DNA of 64,000 nucleotides from Mytilus edulis (taxonomy: Eukaryota). Positions 12,101-24,100 of this stretch are shown piece by piece; within the stretch, counting starts at the first letter, position 1, and each line of letters starts with the position of its first letter. Both the position numbers and the translations under genes were made by a program. The stretch lies in the NCBI RefSeq assembly GCF_963676685.1, contig NC_092350.1, forward strand, positions 83,762,001-83,826,000, written 5' to 3'. The notes beneath the pieces were generated by a model, which did no database searches, was not told the DNA's origin, and saw nothing but the letters and a program-made list of their open reading frames with translations.

Positions 12101-15100
12101 GATACGATTCTGTGTTTGGAAACTCAGATATAGAGGCATTGCTGTCGAAGTTCAGAATTGCAAACCACACGTTTACTAGAGCGCTCAACATTTTTTCAAT
12201 CGTTGTTGTAACTTTTTCCTCCACATCAATTGCTGTCATAATATTTACAGTTTTATCCATTGCAAAACTGAAATGGACAAGAATGTTACTGCATATTGTA
12301 AGTGCAAATAATGCCGAAATTTTTTGAAATTATCTTTAAAAAATAACATTCAAATACGAAAAACAAAGAATCACACAGAAACCAAATACACAACTGATGA
12401 ACGCCTAACATGCCTAGTGAAAATAACAATCAGGAAGGAGACAATAATGAAACAATATTAAGGTTGTATATATAAGACAAAATGATTCAGGGGATATGTA
12501 TAGCTTTATGAGTGCTTATTCAGATTTAAAAAACCTCGATCTACAGAAACCATAATTAACAAATGTTTTCTGTTGATTTTTTTTAAAACTTTTTCTGAAT
12601 TATCGGTATGAATTCGGAAAGATACTACAGACAAAAGTACGTTGACAAAGGCATATCAAATTACGACATTTTTTTAAATAGTTATACTAATGACATGAAT
12701 AATGCTAATGGCTAAGTTGAGGAAAATGATGCTCGTAAGCTGTGTATCAATTTGTTTGTTGGTATCCCAGATTATCTTTAGTCGTCGTTGTTTCATGCAG
12801 TTGCTAACATATATTTTCTTAAGCAGTTCCATAGACCCAGTAATAGAAATGATTGTTATAAAAAAAGTCGACTGAAGGAAAGTACGTTAAAATAAAATAT
12901 GTATTTCAGAGTGTAGGATTATGGAGTATAATAACAGTGGCAAACCTAGTGCAAATAGGTTTGTGGGGAAAGTTTATAACTACTGTAAGTATAAAGTCAC
13001 GTAGTAAGCAAGATACTGATAACATATTACATTAAAAAATTGTTAATTTCAAAAATAAAGAAGCATTGTTTGATTTTATAACATTTAAATGTCAATATTA
13101 AATTTCTAAAAGTAAATAATAATCATATATGCATAATGCCATGTAACAAATATGAATCAACGCTGCAACCGCAATTTGCCGACGTCAAATCTTTTATATG
13201 AGTTACAAAAACAATTCATGGTTACAAACATCAAGCCTATCGTCTCCCGCAGCAATTTATTGTCACAATCTGGAAAGGACAATCTAGATAAAATTACTGT
13301 CTATTAAAATTCCAGAAACCGAAATAATTTGTACAAAATAATAGGGACACATTAGTTTTAATTGATTCCCTTTATTGTGAATAAAGTAGAAGTACATATA
13401 TTTGTTTTTTAATTTAAAACTTCCACTTGATTGCTACAACTGCAACGTTTTCGGTTGAACCCTTATTGTTGTGATTTCAACAGTCTGAATTTTGTCACAT
13501 ATAAAAAAGATGTGGTATGATTACCAATGAGACAACTATCCACAAAAGACCAAAATGATACAGAAATTAACAACTATAGCTCCCCGTATGCCCTTCAATG
13601 TTGAGTTAATTGTTTGGAGATTTCTTTCATTTGATGCTTTAAATTATGTGCATTACATTCTAATTTTTTTTACATCAAGCGAATATATGTAAAACGCTCA
13701 TCGCAGCATATTTATAAAGTACTGAAAACATTTGCAATATGAAATTTCTTGCCGCCTTCTCCTTTAATAAAAAATCACATAGAAAAATTGTGTATTCGAC
13801 ACGAATCAACAGTTTTGTACAAACAATTAAAATACGAAAATGATAATTTTGTAGATAGTTTGTATGCAATCATCATTCTTGAATCATGGTCTTTTTAACA
13901 GGCAGACACAGAATTAGAAGACCTTATTAGTACTGAATTAAGAAACAATACATACACCTATCAACGTTCACATGCATCTGGGTATTTCAACAGAGAAACA
14001 TCTCTATCTTGGAATACATTATTTATAAAAGTAAGTGATTTGTTCGAGAGTCAATACATTTACCATGTTTACCACCAAATCGTTATGGGCTTGATTATGT
14101 TAATGAACATTATTTAATCGTGTTTGTTGTATCTTGTAAGTAACTACTATACATGTTAAGTCATTCAATAAATAAAACCAACACTCAGCCGACCTTGCTT
14201 TTGTGAAATTTTAGCTATCGAGTCTCACCTTACGACATCCTGTAGGTGTTTTGATTCCGATTCTGCTTTTTTGCCTACAGGCCCTGGTGCGAGTAGCTTT
14301 CTCTTTTTGCGCTCATCTCCTTTCCATAATTAATCCCTCATCAACAGACATTTTTAACCGTTACGTCATCTGATTTGAAATAGTGAACGTGGCTTTATAA
14401 ATATTACTGTAATGTTTTTGATTATCTTATTTCAATTGATAAACATAGTTCGTCATAATGATGTTCTGAATCGACCGATGAAAAAAATTAAATTATGACG
14501 ACGATAATCAGTTTAAATATAAATAAAAAGAAATATGAGTAAACATCGTTAAGACAACAATCCATCACCCATCACAATAAAACAGAAAATAAAGCAAACA
14601 ACACCATTTAAGGTGTACTTCTACATAGAAAATATAAATCGCAAAAGAGTAAAGTGTTTTGATTGAATACACTAGTTTAAGTGAAATCTTTAAAAAATAT
14701 ATGCAGGAGATAGATTTCTAATTTGATAGCTAAATAAACAACATTTTTATAGAACATCTGAAAGTTGAACAATACAAATACTTCAACCAAATATACTTAA
14801 TTGTATATCCTCTTAACATCAAATTAGTAGTTTTTTTTAGTTACAGCTAGTAGACATTTATATCATGCTGATATACTTTGTATAAAGTACTACACTGTAA
14901 ATAAGGTTTTGAGTAAAGTGAACGTGGATTTTTTATTTGTTTTTATTAATTGTAAAACAAAATGCACAACAAATAGCTGTTGTTCAGATACTTACATCTT
15001 CGCAAGCCAAGGGTTACGATCCACTCCCGTTCTCTTCACCCTTGGCGGATTGAGATAAAAATTTCGGAGACACAAGGTAAGGATGTTTATTTGTTGCAGT

Positions 15101-17870
15101 CGAAAATCACTGCATCCAATCAAAAAGCGCCTATAACATGATCACGTGTAAATGTAGAAAGTGTTTGTAAACAATTGCCACGTGTTTTATTGTGCAATAA
15201 GTCTTTATATTCTATAAGCATACGACTATATTTAGTGACAACTTGATTTTTTTTAATCAATTAGTGGAAGTTCCTGTGTATGTTTCATGCACAAACGCAT
15301 GCATGTTGACGTATATTTTCGTTTCCAGCTTTATCAAGTGTGTAGAATCTATACACTTCCGTGTTTTAACCTCCAAATTGAAGAATTCAAGTGCTACCAT
15401 TGGTCAAGAATACTGTATTCGGAATGGGCGTAACTTTGATCTTCCGGTAGATGGCGCAACATTGTTTTCCCAAATGTTGGCTTAATCTGCCAAGGGTGAA
15501 AAGAACGGGAGTGGATCGTAACCCTTGGCTAGCGAAGATGAGATACTTATAGTTTCCCTGTAATTATGTAAATTAATTTATCATTTGTCTGTGTTTTATT
15601 GATTTGTTTTGGTTTGTTTCCGTTTTCTCTTCAATTTATAGAAGTGTAGGTGAAAGGAGTTTAGTCCTGTAAATATAATTCTGGTTGTGTTAGTTTTGTA
15701 TTTTATATGTGTATGTAAATTATGCTAATATGTAATTAAGACTTTTTTAAGAAATTAAAATAAATAATAATGTTAGCATTTATTATGTGTATAGGGTGAA
15801 TGCTGCGGCGTTGGAATTAACATCACTAATTCATTCACTGCCTCATATTGGTATGGTTATCGGCGTGATTCGAACTCCCAGCGTATTCCAGTACAGTGTT
15901 GTAAATCTCAAACCGAAGTGTATCCATATGCGTATCAATACGACACGGACTGTACATATAATCTTTTAAATGGCTATTATCATACTCAGGTAATTTTTTC
16001 TGTGTTTAAAACTATATTCAGTTGGTCAAATAATGTGAAAAAAAGTAAAAATGACCAAAACTGTGAAACTCTCATTCGGAGACTTGTGACGTTTAATTTA
16101 GTATGTTAGGTGATCATTTGATGTGTTATGGTATGGAGGATTTTCGCTGTTATGATTCATTGTCTGGATTGTCATATAAGAAAATGCTATTTTCTGATTT
16201 TTTTAAAATATGTAAAATCTTCATTTTTCGAAAAATGGTATTTTCTTTTGCAACTTGACAATAATAAATGCTTGTCGAAATTAGCAGAATATACCGCCAT
16301 CAATACGATGAGTCGTCAATTACAGCATTTGCATTTAATTTGAAGTATGAAACAAATTTGGAATACCACAAATTCTCCTAAATAATGTGAAATCATACCG
16401 ATAAATAAAATTGAGAATGGATATGGGGAATGTGTCAAAAAGACAACAACCCGACCAAATAAAAAACAACAGCAGAGGGTCACCAACAGGTCTTCAATGT
16501 AGCGAGAAATTCCCGCACCCGGAGGCGTCCTTCAGCTGGCCCCTAAAGTCTTACAAACTGAAGGTTATCATACTTTTGGATATATTCAAAATCTTTTTTT
16601 AAAGTCGAATAATGTTTTCCTCAATTTCGTTGTCCTACTGTCGAGGCGAATCTGCGCTTAACAACTATATATGCGACTTTCACAATCCAATTGAGGGACG
16701 CGTTTGTTTTTCAAAATTTTTCAAAATTGTTTTTATTAAAATGCATTATAATTCGAAAAATTCATTTGAACAAAAATAAAAAAAAATAAAATTACATTTT
16801 AAAGATATATTATCATAATTATGCAATATTGATACATGTTTGATAGTTTCTTCCTTTGTCGCATTTTGTTTTTTGATTTGGTTGAAATTTTTTTGCTTGT
16901 ATCTTATTGATTTTAGAGCTTTTGTTTTCCCTTACAATCTTCGACTTATATATGAAATCCATAATGTGCTTTGAATTTTGTTTTATTTCAAGACTTGTTA
17001 TTTTTTTTTTATTGTGAATACTCGAAATCTAAGATGCACAATTAAAACCGATAACATAACAGCACACAATGAACGGCCTTCAACACTGAGCCTTGGCTCA
17101 CAACGAACAACAAGCTATAAAGGGCCCCTAAATTACTAGTGTAAAACCATTCAAACGGGAAAAACCAACGGTCTAGTCTATATAAAAAACGAGAAACGAG
17201 AAACACGTATAAACTTCATAAACAAACGACAACTACTGTACATACTGTATGCATAATCTAAAATATATCATGTATCTACTATAGGGATGTGATAAAGTAA
17301 TAGTAAACAGCTTAGATTTATACAGTCTTATATTCTTTGTATTCATGGGAATCAACGCTTTGGCTGAGGTAAGACTTGTAATAGTTTCGTTTTAGATAGT
17401 ATTTATTGTTTAAGAAAAAGCTTAATAAAGATCTCCGAGAGATGGACAGAAATTTGTTTAACCATGCAGATTATTATATCTTTTATTCTAATATATATGT
17501 AAAAGTTTCACTTTAAATTTGTTACATTTTCAACAATTTGGAAGATACCAACAGCACATTCAACCCAACAAGTCGAAAATAGCAACACTATGATTAAAAA
17601 ATAAAAGAAAGGCAACAGACAACAGACACATAACAGTTAATTACAATTTATTTTGGTTATCTTGAACAGTTGTTTTGAATTAGATTTATTTTTTAATTTT
17701 TTTTTATATTCAACTTTCCTAAGATTGGTATGATAGCTACAACCATATACAATGCAGTCAGTCTTACCAAGGAAGATAATGCGGAACTTGTTCGATATAG
17801 ATCGGATGAAGACAATGTAGAATTAAATGAAATAACGGGAAACGAAAGTCTGAATTTTGTACAAAGATGA
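1..17870 (+). CDS. Gene A: multi-module (concatenated) tetraspanin, 5'-partial; modules 2 and 3 in window (~578 aa)
   Basis: 13 GT-AG exons join in one frame: <1-196, 5087-5161, 6116-6220, 7450-7647, 8366-8449, 9860-10026, 11260-11305, 12061-12297, 12910-12984, 13902-14030, 15795-15989, 17285-17368, 17724-17870 (TGA). Two CCG motifs (LECCG, GECCG), PVQCC, Cys before TM4, 75-nt TM3 exons and 84-nt TM4 exons. Each exon matches an exon of gene B. Confidence 0.9.
1103..1192 (+). repeat. tRNA-derived (pseudo-tRNA or SINE-head-like) segment
   Basis: A-box-like tggttgagtggtctag and B-box gagttcgaatccc, but no clean cloverleaf. Followed by a ~55-bp segment repeated at ~1213 and ~1400. Confidence 0.55.
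1624..2432 (-). mobile_element. Non-autonomous Helitron
   Basis: On the minus strand: A|TC 5' end at 2432; 3' end with hairpin cccgcg-attt-cgcggg (1634-1649) then CTAG|T at 1624. Interrupted by a dispersed repeat at ~1878-2180. The 5' end is less certain than the 3' end. Confidence 0.65.
2440..3408 (-). mobile_element. Decayed Penelope-like element (RT thumb, GIY-YIG endonuclease, 3' region)
   Basis: Translates as YNLAKRICTIISNPELRNTRLNELR..RKY...PYFSTHNPRN...KSKQQPKSLKK, then after a frameshift KCGRPNC...TCASANLLYIITCKGCQEN*IGQTGKTIRKRMIVHRQQIR...EHYFIKKYRPKLNR* (ends 2625). The Tyr of YIG is a TAA at 2863-2865. A minimal hammerhead-like remnant lies at 2440-2479. Confidence 0.85.
5087..5161 (+). 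CDS. Gene A exon: module 2 TM3
   Basis: ttacag|SSVLSMILHVPRIFTVILLLVFVEK|gtaggc, 75 nt. Confidence 0.92.
6116..6220 (+). CDS. Gene A exon: module 2 large-loop helices
   Basis: ttccag|INDNMIVQLNLQQQGYFYNNVQSEITRKWNDMIMQ|gtacga. Confidence 0.92.
6908..7228 (-). mobile_element. Retrozyme-like repeat (family 2) with type I hammerhead
   Basis: Second copy on + at ~49995-50197. Shares a 28-nt perfect block (7192-7219, reverse complement of 23422-23449) with the 353-nt retrozyme unit. Confidence 0.75.
6935..6978 (-). ncRNA. Type I hammerhead ribozyme, intact core
   Basis: gcatca CTGAAGA gaca-tgtat-tgtc GAAA tgcgca TC^ tggtgc: 6-bp stem I, 4-bp stem II, palindromic mini stem III. Confidence 0.8.
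7450..7647 (+). CDS. Gene A exon: module 2 CCG exon with Tyr/His tract
   Basis: ttatag|LECCGVYSSSDTLSRSYGYANIFCCKNAHESRTDSGWDYYYYYHYHHYYYYYHLNFFGGCGGYKTD|gtaagt. Confidence 0.92.
7564..7608 (+). repeat. Coding (TAT/CAT)n microsatellite, 15 codons
   Basis: tat x5, cat, tat, cat, cat, tat x3, tac, tat, cat, in frame within exon 7450-7647. Confidence 0.95.
7883..8169. mobile_element. MITE with imperfect ~80-bp terminal inverted repeats
   Basis: ta|gaggtcagtcatttaaagacg...atctgcagat...atgtgatccc mirrored by gggatcacat...atctgcagat...cgtttttgaatgaccgacctc|ta. Confidence 0.6.
8366..8449 (+). CDS. Gene A exon: module 2 TM4
   Basis: tttcag|TCSEKIILKTRQFCGWFLAIVLLQILLE|gtattt, 84 nt. Confidence 0.9.
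9860..10026 (+). CDS. Gene A exon: linker between modules 2 and 3
   Basis: ttgcag|IVGLIFTNKEYSQ...SKTIIFRTVFRGIKLFFISNWK(R)|gttgtt, 167 nt, phase 2. Confidence 0.88.
11260..11305 (+). CDS. Gene A exon: module 3 TM1 start
   Basis: ttttag|(R)SKISVLHFMFLGILA|gtaagt, 46 nt. Confidence 0.88.
12061..12297 (+). CDS. Gene A exon: module 3 TM1, small loop, TM2
   Basis: ttccag|MCNIGTLGLAINIRYDSVFGNSDIEALLSKF...KWTRMLLHI|gtaagt, 237 nt. Confidence 0.92.
12910..12984 (+). CDS. Gene A exon: module 3 TM3
   Basis: tttcag|SVGLWSIITVANLVQIGLWGKFITT|gtaagt, 75 nt. Confidence 0.92.
13902..14030 (+). CDS. Gene A exon: module 3 large-loop helices
   Basis: taacag|ADTELEDLISTELRNNTYTYQRSHASGYFNRETSLSWNTLFIK|gtaagt. 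Confidence 0.92.
14995..15540. mobile_element. MITE with ~60-bp TIRs and 9-bp TSD (Mutator-like)
   Basis: catcttcgcaagccaagggttacgatccactcccgttctcttcacccttggc... and its near-perfect reverse complement at 15481-15540. AGATACTTA flanks both ends (14986-14994, 15541-15549). Confidence 0.9.
15795..15989 (+). CDS. Gene A exon: module 3 CCG/PxxCC exon
   Basis: gtatag|GECCGVGINITNSFTASYWYGYRRDSNSQRIPVQCCKSQTEVYPYAYQYDTDCTYNLLNGYYHTQ|gtaatt. Confidence 0.93.
16407..16545 (+). repeat. Dispersed repeat family 'aaattgagaatggaaatggggaatgtgtcaaagagacaacaacccgacc'
   Basis: Other copies near 19607, 30634, 47800, 47978, 56478 and 62335-62640 (+), and ~25495-25635 (-). Boundaries approximate. Confidence 0.85.
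17285..17368 (+). CDS. Gene A exon: module 3 TM4
   Basis: ctatag|GCDKVIVNSLDLYSLIFFVFMGINALAE|gtaaga, 84 nt. Confidence 0.92.
17724..17870 (+). CDS. Gene A last coding exon: end of TM4 and acidic tail
   Basis: cctaag|IGMIATTIYNAVSLTKEDNAELVRYRSDEDNVELNEITGNESLNFVQR*. Confidence 0.88.
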   Translation: MGMIATTIYNAVSLTKEDNAELVRYRSDEDNVELNEITGNESLNFVQR

Positions 17871-19489
17871 TTTTATTTAGTTCAGAACAATTTAGTTAAT
17901 GCAAATGCTATTTAAGATGAACGAGAATTACAAGCTGCAGAACATTAACTTATTGATAATAATTTATATAAAAACGACTGTTGAATGACTTAGAAGATGT
18001 AAAGTTACTTATGACAATGATGAGGCATACATTCTAAACAACTAAAAACAATCGAACGCAGAAACTAAACACTGATTATTTAGTTGCTGACAACTTTGTA
18101 TTTAGGATATTCATTTTTGTTTTATTTGGTTGCTGTGAGAGTGTAGAAGAGTCGCAATATTCCTTCCGTGTCTATAACTTGGAATTTGTTTATGTAATGT
18201 TAATTTGAAGTCGGTTGTGCAGTGCTAGTATGAGCATAGAAATCATTAATGTATCAATAAATTGATTGTGAGACCAAGTCTTAACATTCTTTACCTACAA
18301 ATATAAGTTATTAGTATTTTGTAGAATTCAAAAATTGTTTAAATATAATAAAACACGGAAAGCGACAAGGATGAATTTTTTGTCAACCAAACACAGTTGG
18401 TTTTTTTTCCGTTTTGGAAACAAAACAAAATACAGGCAAAGCTGACCTTGGATGGATTTCCTAATTTTTTTTATCTTATTGGTCATTAAGTACGTTTAAC
18501 CTTTGACCGTTCCACCATTGATTGACAAATATTCGGCTTTGACAGTTCCTGGTGATGTTAAATCCAGCAGAGCGGTTCGAACGCATAGATTAATAAAGCG
18601 TGGTGTTCATTGTCCTGATCCTTACATTTGGCTGGTTTTGTAAGATCTTAACCCTCCTAGTATACCTCTAGCCATTATAGGCAATTCATTTGAGTGGGGT
18701 GTAGACTGAGATGGTTATAGTCAGCTTCATAGTTGTGCTTTTAATGTCATTGATATTTCAATGAAAACATGATATTTTATCAGGACATTGAGAAATGTTT
18801 CGAAATTACAAAAAAAGTAGTATATCAAATTATCAGTCACACGCTTCACTATTTTATACGATATGAATGTTGAACACGGATTCAAACTGTAGTTAATATG
18901 AATAAGTAATGATTCTAATATGACGTCCTTATAACGCTTTGTAAACAAAGCCGTGTTCTAATGAGCACAAAATATGTTTGACACATGCGCACAAACTTAC
19001 TGTTTATATTAACGTTATTTCCATCGTTATCCTTTAAAATATATGCATTTAGGCAGCTAACACAAACTTTTATTATATATTTTTATGAAACAACATATAC
19101 TTATCCTACTCGTAGATTTTAAACTTATCAAATATGAAATGCAATGCACAGACTCCTCGAGGAGGAAACGGGAACAGCCAAACATTTTTACGGTAATTTC
19201 GTACGCTTCGACCTATAAAAATACTGTATTTGTTCTATTAGAATCGAAATAATTCCTTCATGTCATGCTCTATGCTCATTTTAACATGGGTAGGCATTAT
19301 ATTTGACCACATTTTACACCCTAATTCGAACGAGAAAACTAACAGATTAATGTGTGTACAAAAAATTAACCAAGAACAAATATTTAATTGTTCATTTGAA
19401 ATAAGTTTGATGTGAAACATTTTCTGCATATTCATTTTATGTAGAATTTGCAGAAACGATAATTGAATATAAAAAATAGATCATGCGGT

Positions 19490-19775
19490 GAGTTGGAGCA
19501 GGATCTGCTTACCCTTCCGGAGCACCTGATATCACCCTTGTATTTTGGTGGGGTTCGTGTTGCTTATTCTTTAGTTTTCTATGGTGTTTCATGTGTATTA
19601 CTGTTTAAAATTGAAAATGGAAATGGGGAATGTGTCAAAGAGACAACAACTCGGCCACAGAAAAAACAACAACAAAATTTGTCTGTTTGTCTTTTTCATT
19701 TTTAGCCATGACATTGTCAGTTTATTTTCGGATTATGAGTTTGACTGTCCCTCTGGTATCTTTCGTCCCTCTTTG
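19490..19775 (+). repeat. Dispersed repeat family 'ggagcaggatctgcttacccttccggagcacctg...tctttcgtccctc'
   Basis: Other copies near 21218-21365, 31840-32345 (split by a SINE), 33155-33410 and 51981-52135. This copy contains an inserted piece of the previous family. Confidence 0.8.
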
Positions 19776-20970
19776 ACAACCCACTGTTAAAGGATGTATC
19801 GCGTGTTCAACTGATTATTCTAGTCATTATCGGCAACTTTATTTTACTATGAAACGTGTGTACGTGTTTAAACAAGCAGACATAATGTTAGCCTATAAAA
19901 CAAAGCGCAGAATTGACATACATTAAAAAAAAGACGATATAGTAAGATTGCCAATGAGACAACTCTCCAAAAGAGAACACGAGACACAGACATTAACCTC
20001 TATAGGTCATCGTACTGCCTTCAACATTGACCAAAGCCCATACCGCAGAGTCACATATAAAAGACCCCATTAAATCTTTGTTTTATTTCATAGAAAAACT
20101 CATAATTTTTCCTCATGACATTCACACAGAAGTGGTGTATACTTTTTTCAATTTATGCATCAAAATAATAATGTGGCATTCCAATTGGTTTCGCTATCAC
20201 TTAAATAAATATAAGAAAATTTAGTATGAGTGCCAAGGAGACAACTTTCTATCCAAGTCACAATTTATAAAAGTAAACCTTTATAGGCCAAGGTACGGTC
20301 TTCAACACGGGGCCTAGGCTCACACCGGACAGGAAGATATAAAGGGCGTTAAAAAATACAAGTACTAACCGTTCAAACGGGAAAAGAAACGGTCAGAAAC
20401 GTATAGGTACTATGTGATTTATGTTTTAACTTATCTAAAACAACATGAGTATGGTATCACACAAAATTAAATCGTAAGTGAAAGAAATGCTTACAATACC
20501 ACGAAAAAAAACATATAATGACAAAAGAAAAAACAAAACTTTACATAGTAAATACAAATGTAGCCACATACACTCCATAAGTTTCATCAGGTGTTCCACA
20601 GTGACACTGCCTGCCATTCCTTTAGAACTAAAGGTAATTATTGGAAAGCATAGTCCCCTTGATCCGGATATCAGGATATGCGGGGCATTCTTATTTGAAA
20701 GAGAATGTTATTGTTTATCTGTATCACAATTTAATAATAGCTACATGAAAATAATAAATAATATTTCAAATATGTAACACTTGAATAAAAAGACAGTCCT
20801 CATTCATTTAAAACCAAATCGTTCTTTGTTGTCATGAAAACAACAGTTTGTTAACAGTAGACAAATGCAAGCATAAACACAGAAAAACTAGAAATTAAGC
20901 ATTATGTAAAGACATAAATAACTAACGCTATTCAAATTTTCTAACAAAGAAGACGTGTTCCCTAGTTCTG

Positions 20971-21102
20971 TTATGATTCTTCACTTTCCTTTAGTTCCTT
21001 CAATTCGATATTTTCACTAGATGTTTCTACTTTAGCACCTATTGCATTATCTCTTTTTGTCATAATAAATTCATAGAATATGGTTGTTGCTATGATACCA
21101 AA
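20971..21102 (-). CDS. Gene B exon 20: end of TM4 and acidic tail
   Basis: atatag|FGIIATTIFYEFIMTKRDNAIGAKVETSSENIELKELKESEES*. Confidence 0.88.
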   Translation of the reverse strand, partial: FGIIATTIFYEFIMTKRDNAIGAKVETSSENIELKELKESEES

Positions 21103-24100
21103 CTATATAAATTAGAATAAAAGAAACAACAGATGATATTGTTTTCATGCTATTTAGAACTATGCTGTAGAATATAGCTGACACGTTTTACTGTGATAAG
21201 AGTAAACACGTTTTATAGGGTTCGTGTTGCTTAGTCTTTAGTTTTTTATGTTGTGCCTTGTGAACTGCTATTTGTCTATTTGTCGTTTTCTGTTTGAGCC
21301 ATGGCATTGTCAGTTTGTTTTCGATCTATGAGTTTGATTGTCCCTCTAGTATTTGTCGCCCCTCTAATGATATTTAGAAAACATGTTCACTAAAAAAGTG
21401 CTTTACTTCATTAAGATGAACCCATATATATGCCAGGACAAACTTTTGTACTCCAAATGCGTGTTTTGTGTTCGAAAGACTCAACATTGTTGCATGATTT
21501 AAGAAATTTAAATGGCGCACAAAAATACGATGATTTAGAGTATGGTGGAGCCATAATTCAAACAGTTGTGCCATATACATTAAAGATAATTCATTCCGTG
21601 GGTAGAAAATCCTTAGTATAATGTTTTTTCTAAACGTATTAGTGGACGATTGTAATCAGAATGATATGAAAAACACAGAATAATTTGTATCTCGACTACT
21701 TGTTTTGTACTATTTAACGTTAGAGCAGACTGCTACATCATTGATATGATATAACCGAAAGAGCCAAGTTAAAAGCATGCATTAATTTTTATTTCTATGT
21801 AGCAACATCAAAGATATATTGAGTATGAAACTACTGTCGTGCTTTCTTTAATATGTTAAAAAGTGGATAAACAGTTTGCCATTTATTCATTCAAATATAA
21901 AAAAAGAAGATGTGGTATGATTGGTAATGAGACAACTATCCACAAAAGACAAAAATGACACAGACATTAAAAACTATAGGTCACCGTACGGCCTTCAACA
22001 ATGAGCAAAGCCCATACCGCAAAGTGAGCTATAAAGGGCCCCGATAAGACAATGTAAAACTATTCAAACGAGAAAACTAACGGCCTTATTTGTGTAAAAA
22101 AAATGAACGAAAAAATAATATGTCACACATAAACAAACGAAAACCACTGAATTACAGGCTCCTGACTTGGGACAGGCACATACATAAATAATGTGGCGGG
22201 GTTAAACATATTAGCAGGATCCCAACCCTCCACCTAACCTGGGACAGTGGTATAACAGTACAACATAAGAACGAATGAATTAAAACATCATTACATCCTG
22301 CATAAAAATCATTTGTATTGTTTGATTTTCTCTAGAAAACATTTTAAGAATAAGTTATCAATTTCACACCGCCATCTTCTATAAGAATTTGTTTACAAAC
22401 ATTACAATGTAAACAACACGTCTTTAGATAATGAATCATTAATTCTCAATATATGAAAATGGTATGTCGTACCTGAGCAGTAATAGCGATTGATATGAAT
22501 ACAAAAAACGGGACACTGTATGATTCCAATCTATTTATTATTGCTGTATCACATCCCTGCAAATAAACATAAGTTTGTCTGTATGTATAAACATATTTAA
22601 GTGCTCATTAGGTTGTATCTGTGAGTTATCGAAAATCACAAAATCAATCATTGAGTATGTACTATCCTGTTAGCGATAACCTTGGGTTCCGGCAGACAAT
22701 CAGCTGCAGTATCGACCCTTTTGATCTAAAGTCATACAACATAACAAGTTTGCTTAATACATTGTTATAGTGCATCAAAAAAGCACTGTTCGTCGGTTCT
22801 CAACTCATTTTTAAATTCAAAACAATTTTAAGGACAACCAGACGCTTATACAACAACAATCCAAACTGTTCTTCAAATATGGCTTATATTTGGCTATAAA
22901 TCATGACACGAATATAAGACCTGCATTGTTAAGGTAGACCATTTATTGAGCTTTTGTGGAAACATTATTAGTAGCTTTAAACGCGCGTCTGGCGTACTAA
23001 ATTTAAATCCTGGTACCTTTGATAACTATTTACACCACTATGTCGGTGCCACTGCTGGTGGACGTTTCGTCCCCAAGGGTATCACCAGCCCAGTAGTCAA
23101 CATTTCGATTTGACATGAATATCAATAATGTGGTCATTTAAATAAATTTCTTGTTAAAAAACTCTGAATTTTTCGAAAAACTAAGGATTTGCTTATTCCA
23201 GGCATAGATTACCTTAGCCGTATTTGGCACAACTTTTTGGAATTTTGGATCCTCAATGGTCTTCAACTTTGTACTTGTTTGGCTTTATAAATATTTTGAT
23301 ATGAGCGTCACTGATGAGTCTTACGAAGACGAAACGCGCGTCTGGCGTACTAAATTATAATCCTGGTACCTTTGATAACTATTTACACCACTGGGTCGGT
23401 GCCACTGCTGGTGGACGTTTCGTCCCCGAGGGTATCACCAGCCCAGTAGTCAACATTTCGATTTGACATGAATATCAATTATGTGGTCATTTAAATAAAT
23501 TTCCTGTCACAAAAATTTGAATTTTTCGAAAAACTAAGGATTTTCTTATACCAGGCATAGATTACCTTAGCCGTGTATGGCACAACTTTTTGGAATTTTG
23601 GATCCTCAATGCTCTTAAACTTTGTACTTGTTTGGCTTTATAAATATTTTGATATGAGCGTTACTGATGAGTCTTATGAAGATTGCTTGAATAATTGATT
23701 GTAAGGGTGTATCGTTTCTTTCAGCACTATTTAATAGTGTCTATAAAGAAAGGAAGCTATAGTTAATGGAGAGAGAACCACCGCCCTTATTTATTTTTTG
23801 TCGGCATAAATGTAGAACATTTACATATTTGAAAAACTTACCTGATCATGGTAATAACCGCTTAAAAGTGAATGTGTACAGTTGAAATCGTATTCACTGC
23901 CATAAGGATACACTTCTGTTTGAGATTTACAACATTGCACAGGAATATATTGGGAGTTTGAATCAGCCTGGTACCTCCAGTTTGATGTTCCGAATAGGGC
24001 GAACACTTCAGTGCTTACACCACAGCATTTGGCCTATGTAAATAAATGATTATTCTGTATACCAGGGCAAACTTTTACTTCATTAATAATATCATACAAT

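Noticed and set aside
16411-20777. Short ORFs starting MRMDMGNVSKRQQ, MNIKNRSCGELEQDLLTLPEHL and similar
   Set aside because: They are translations of high-copy dispersed repeats or AT-rich non-coding DNA, with no splice or homology support.
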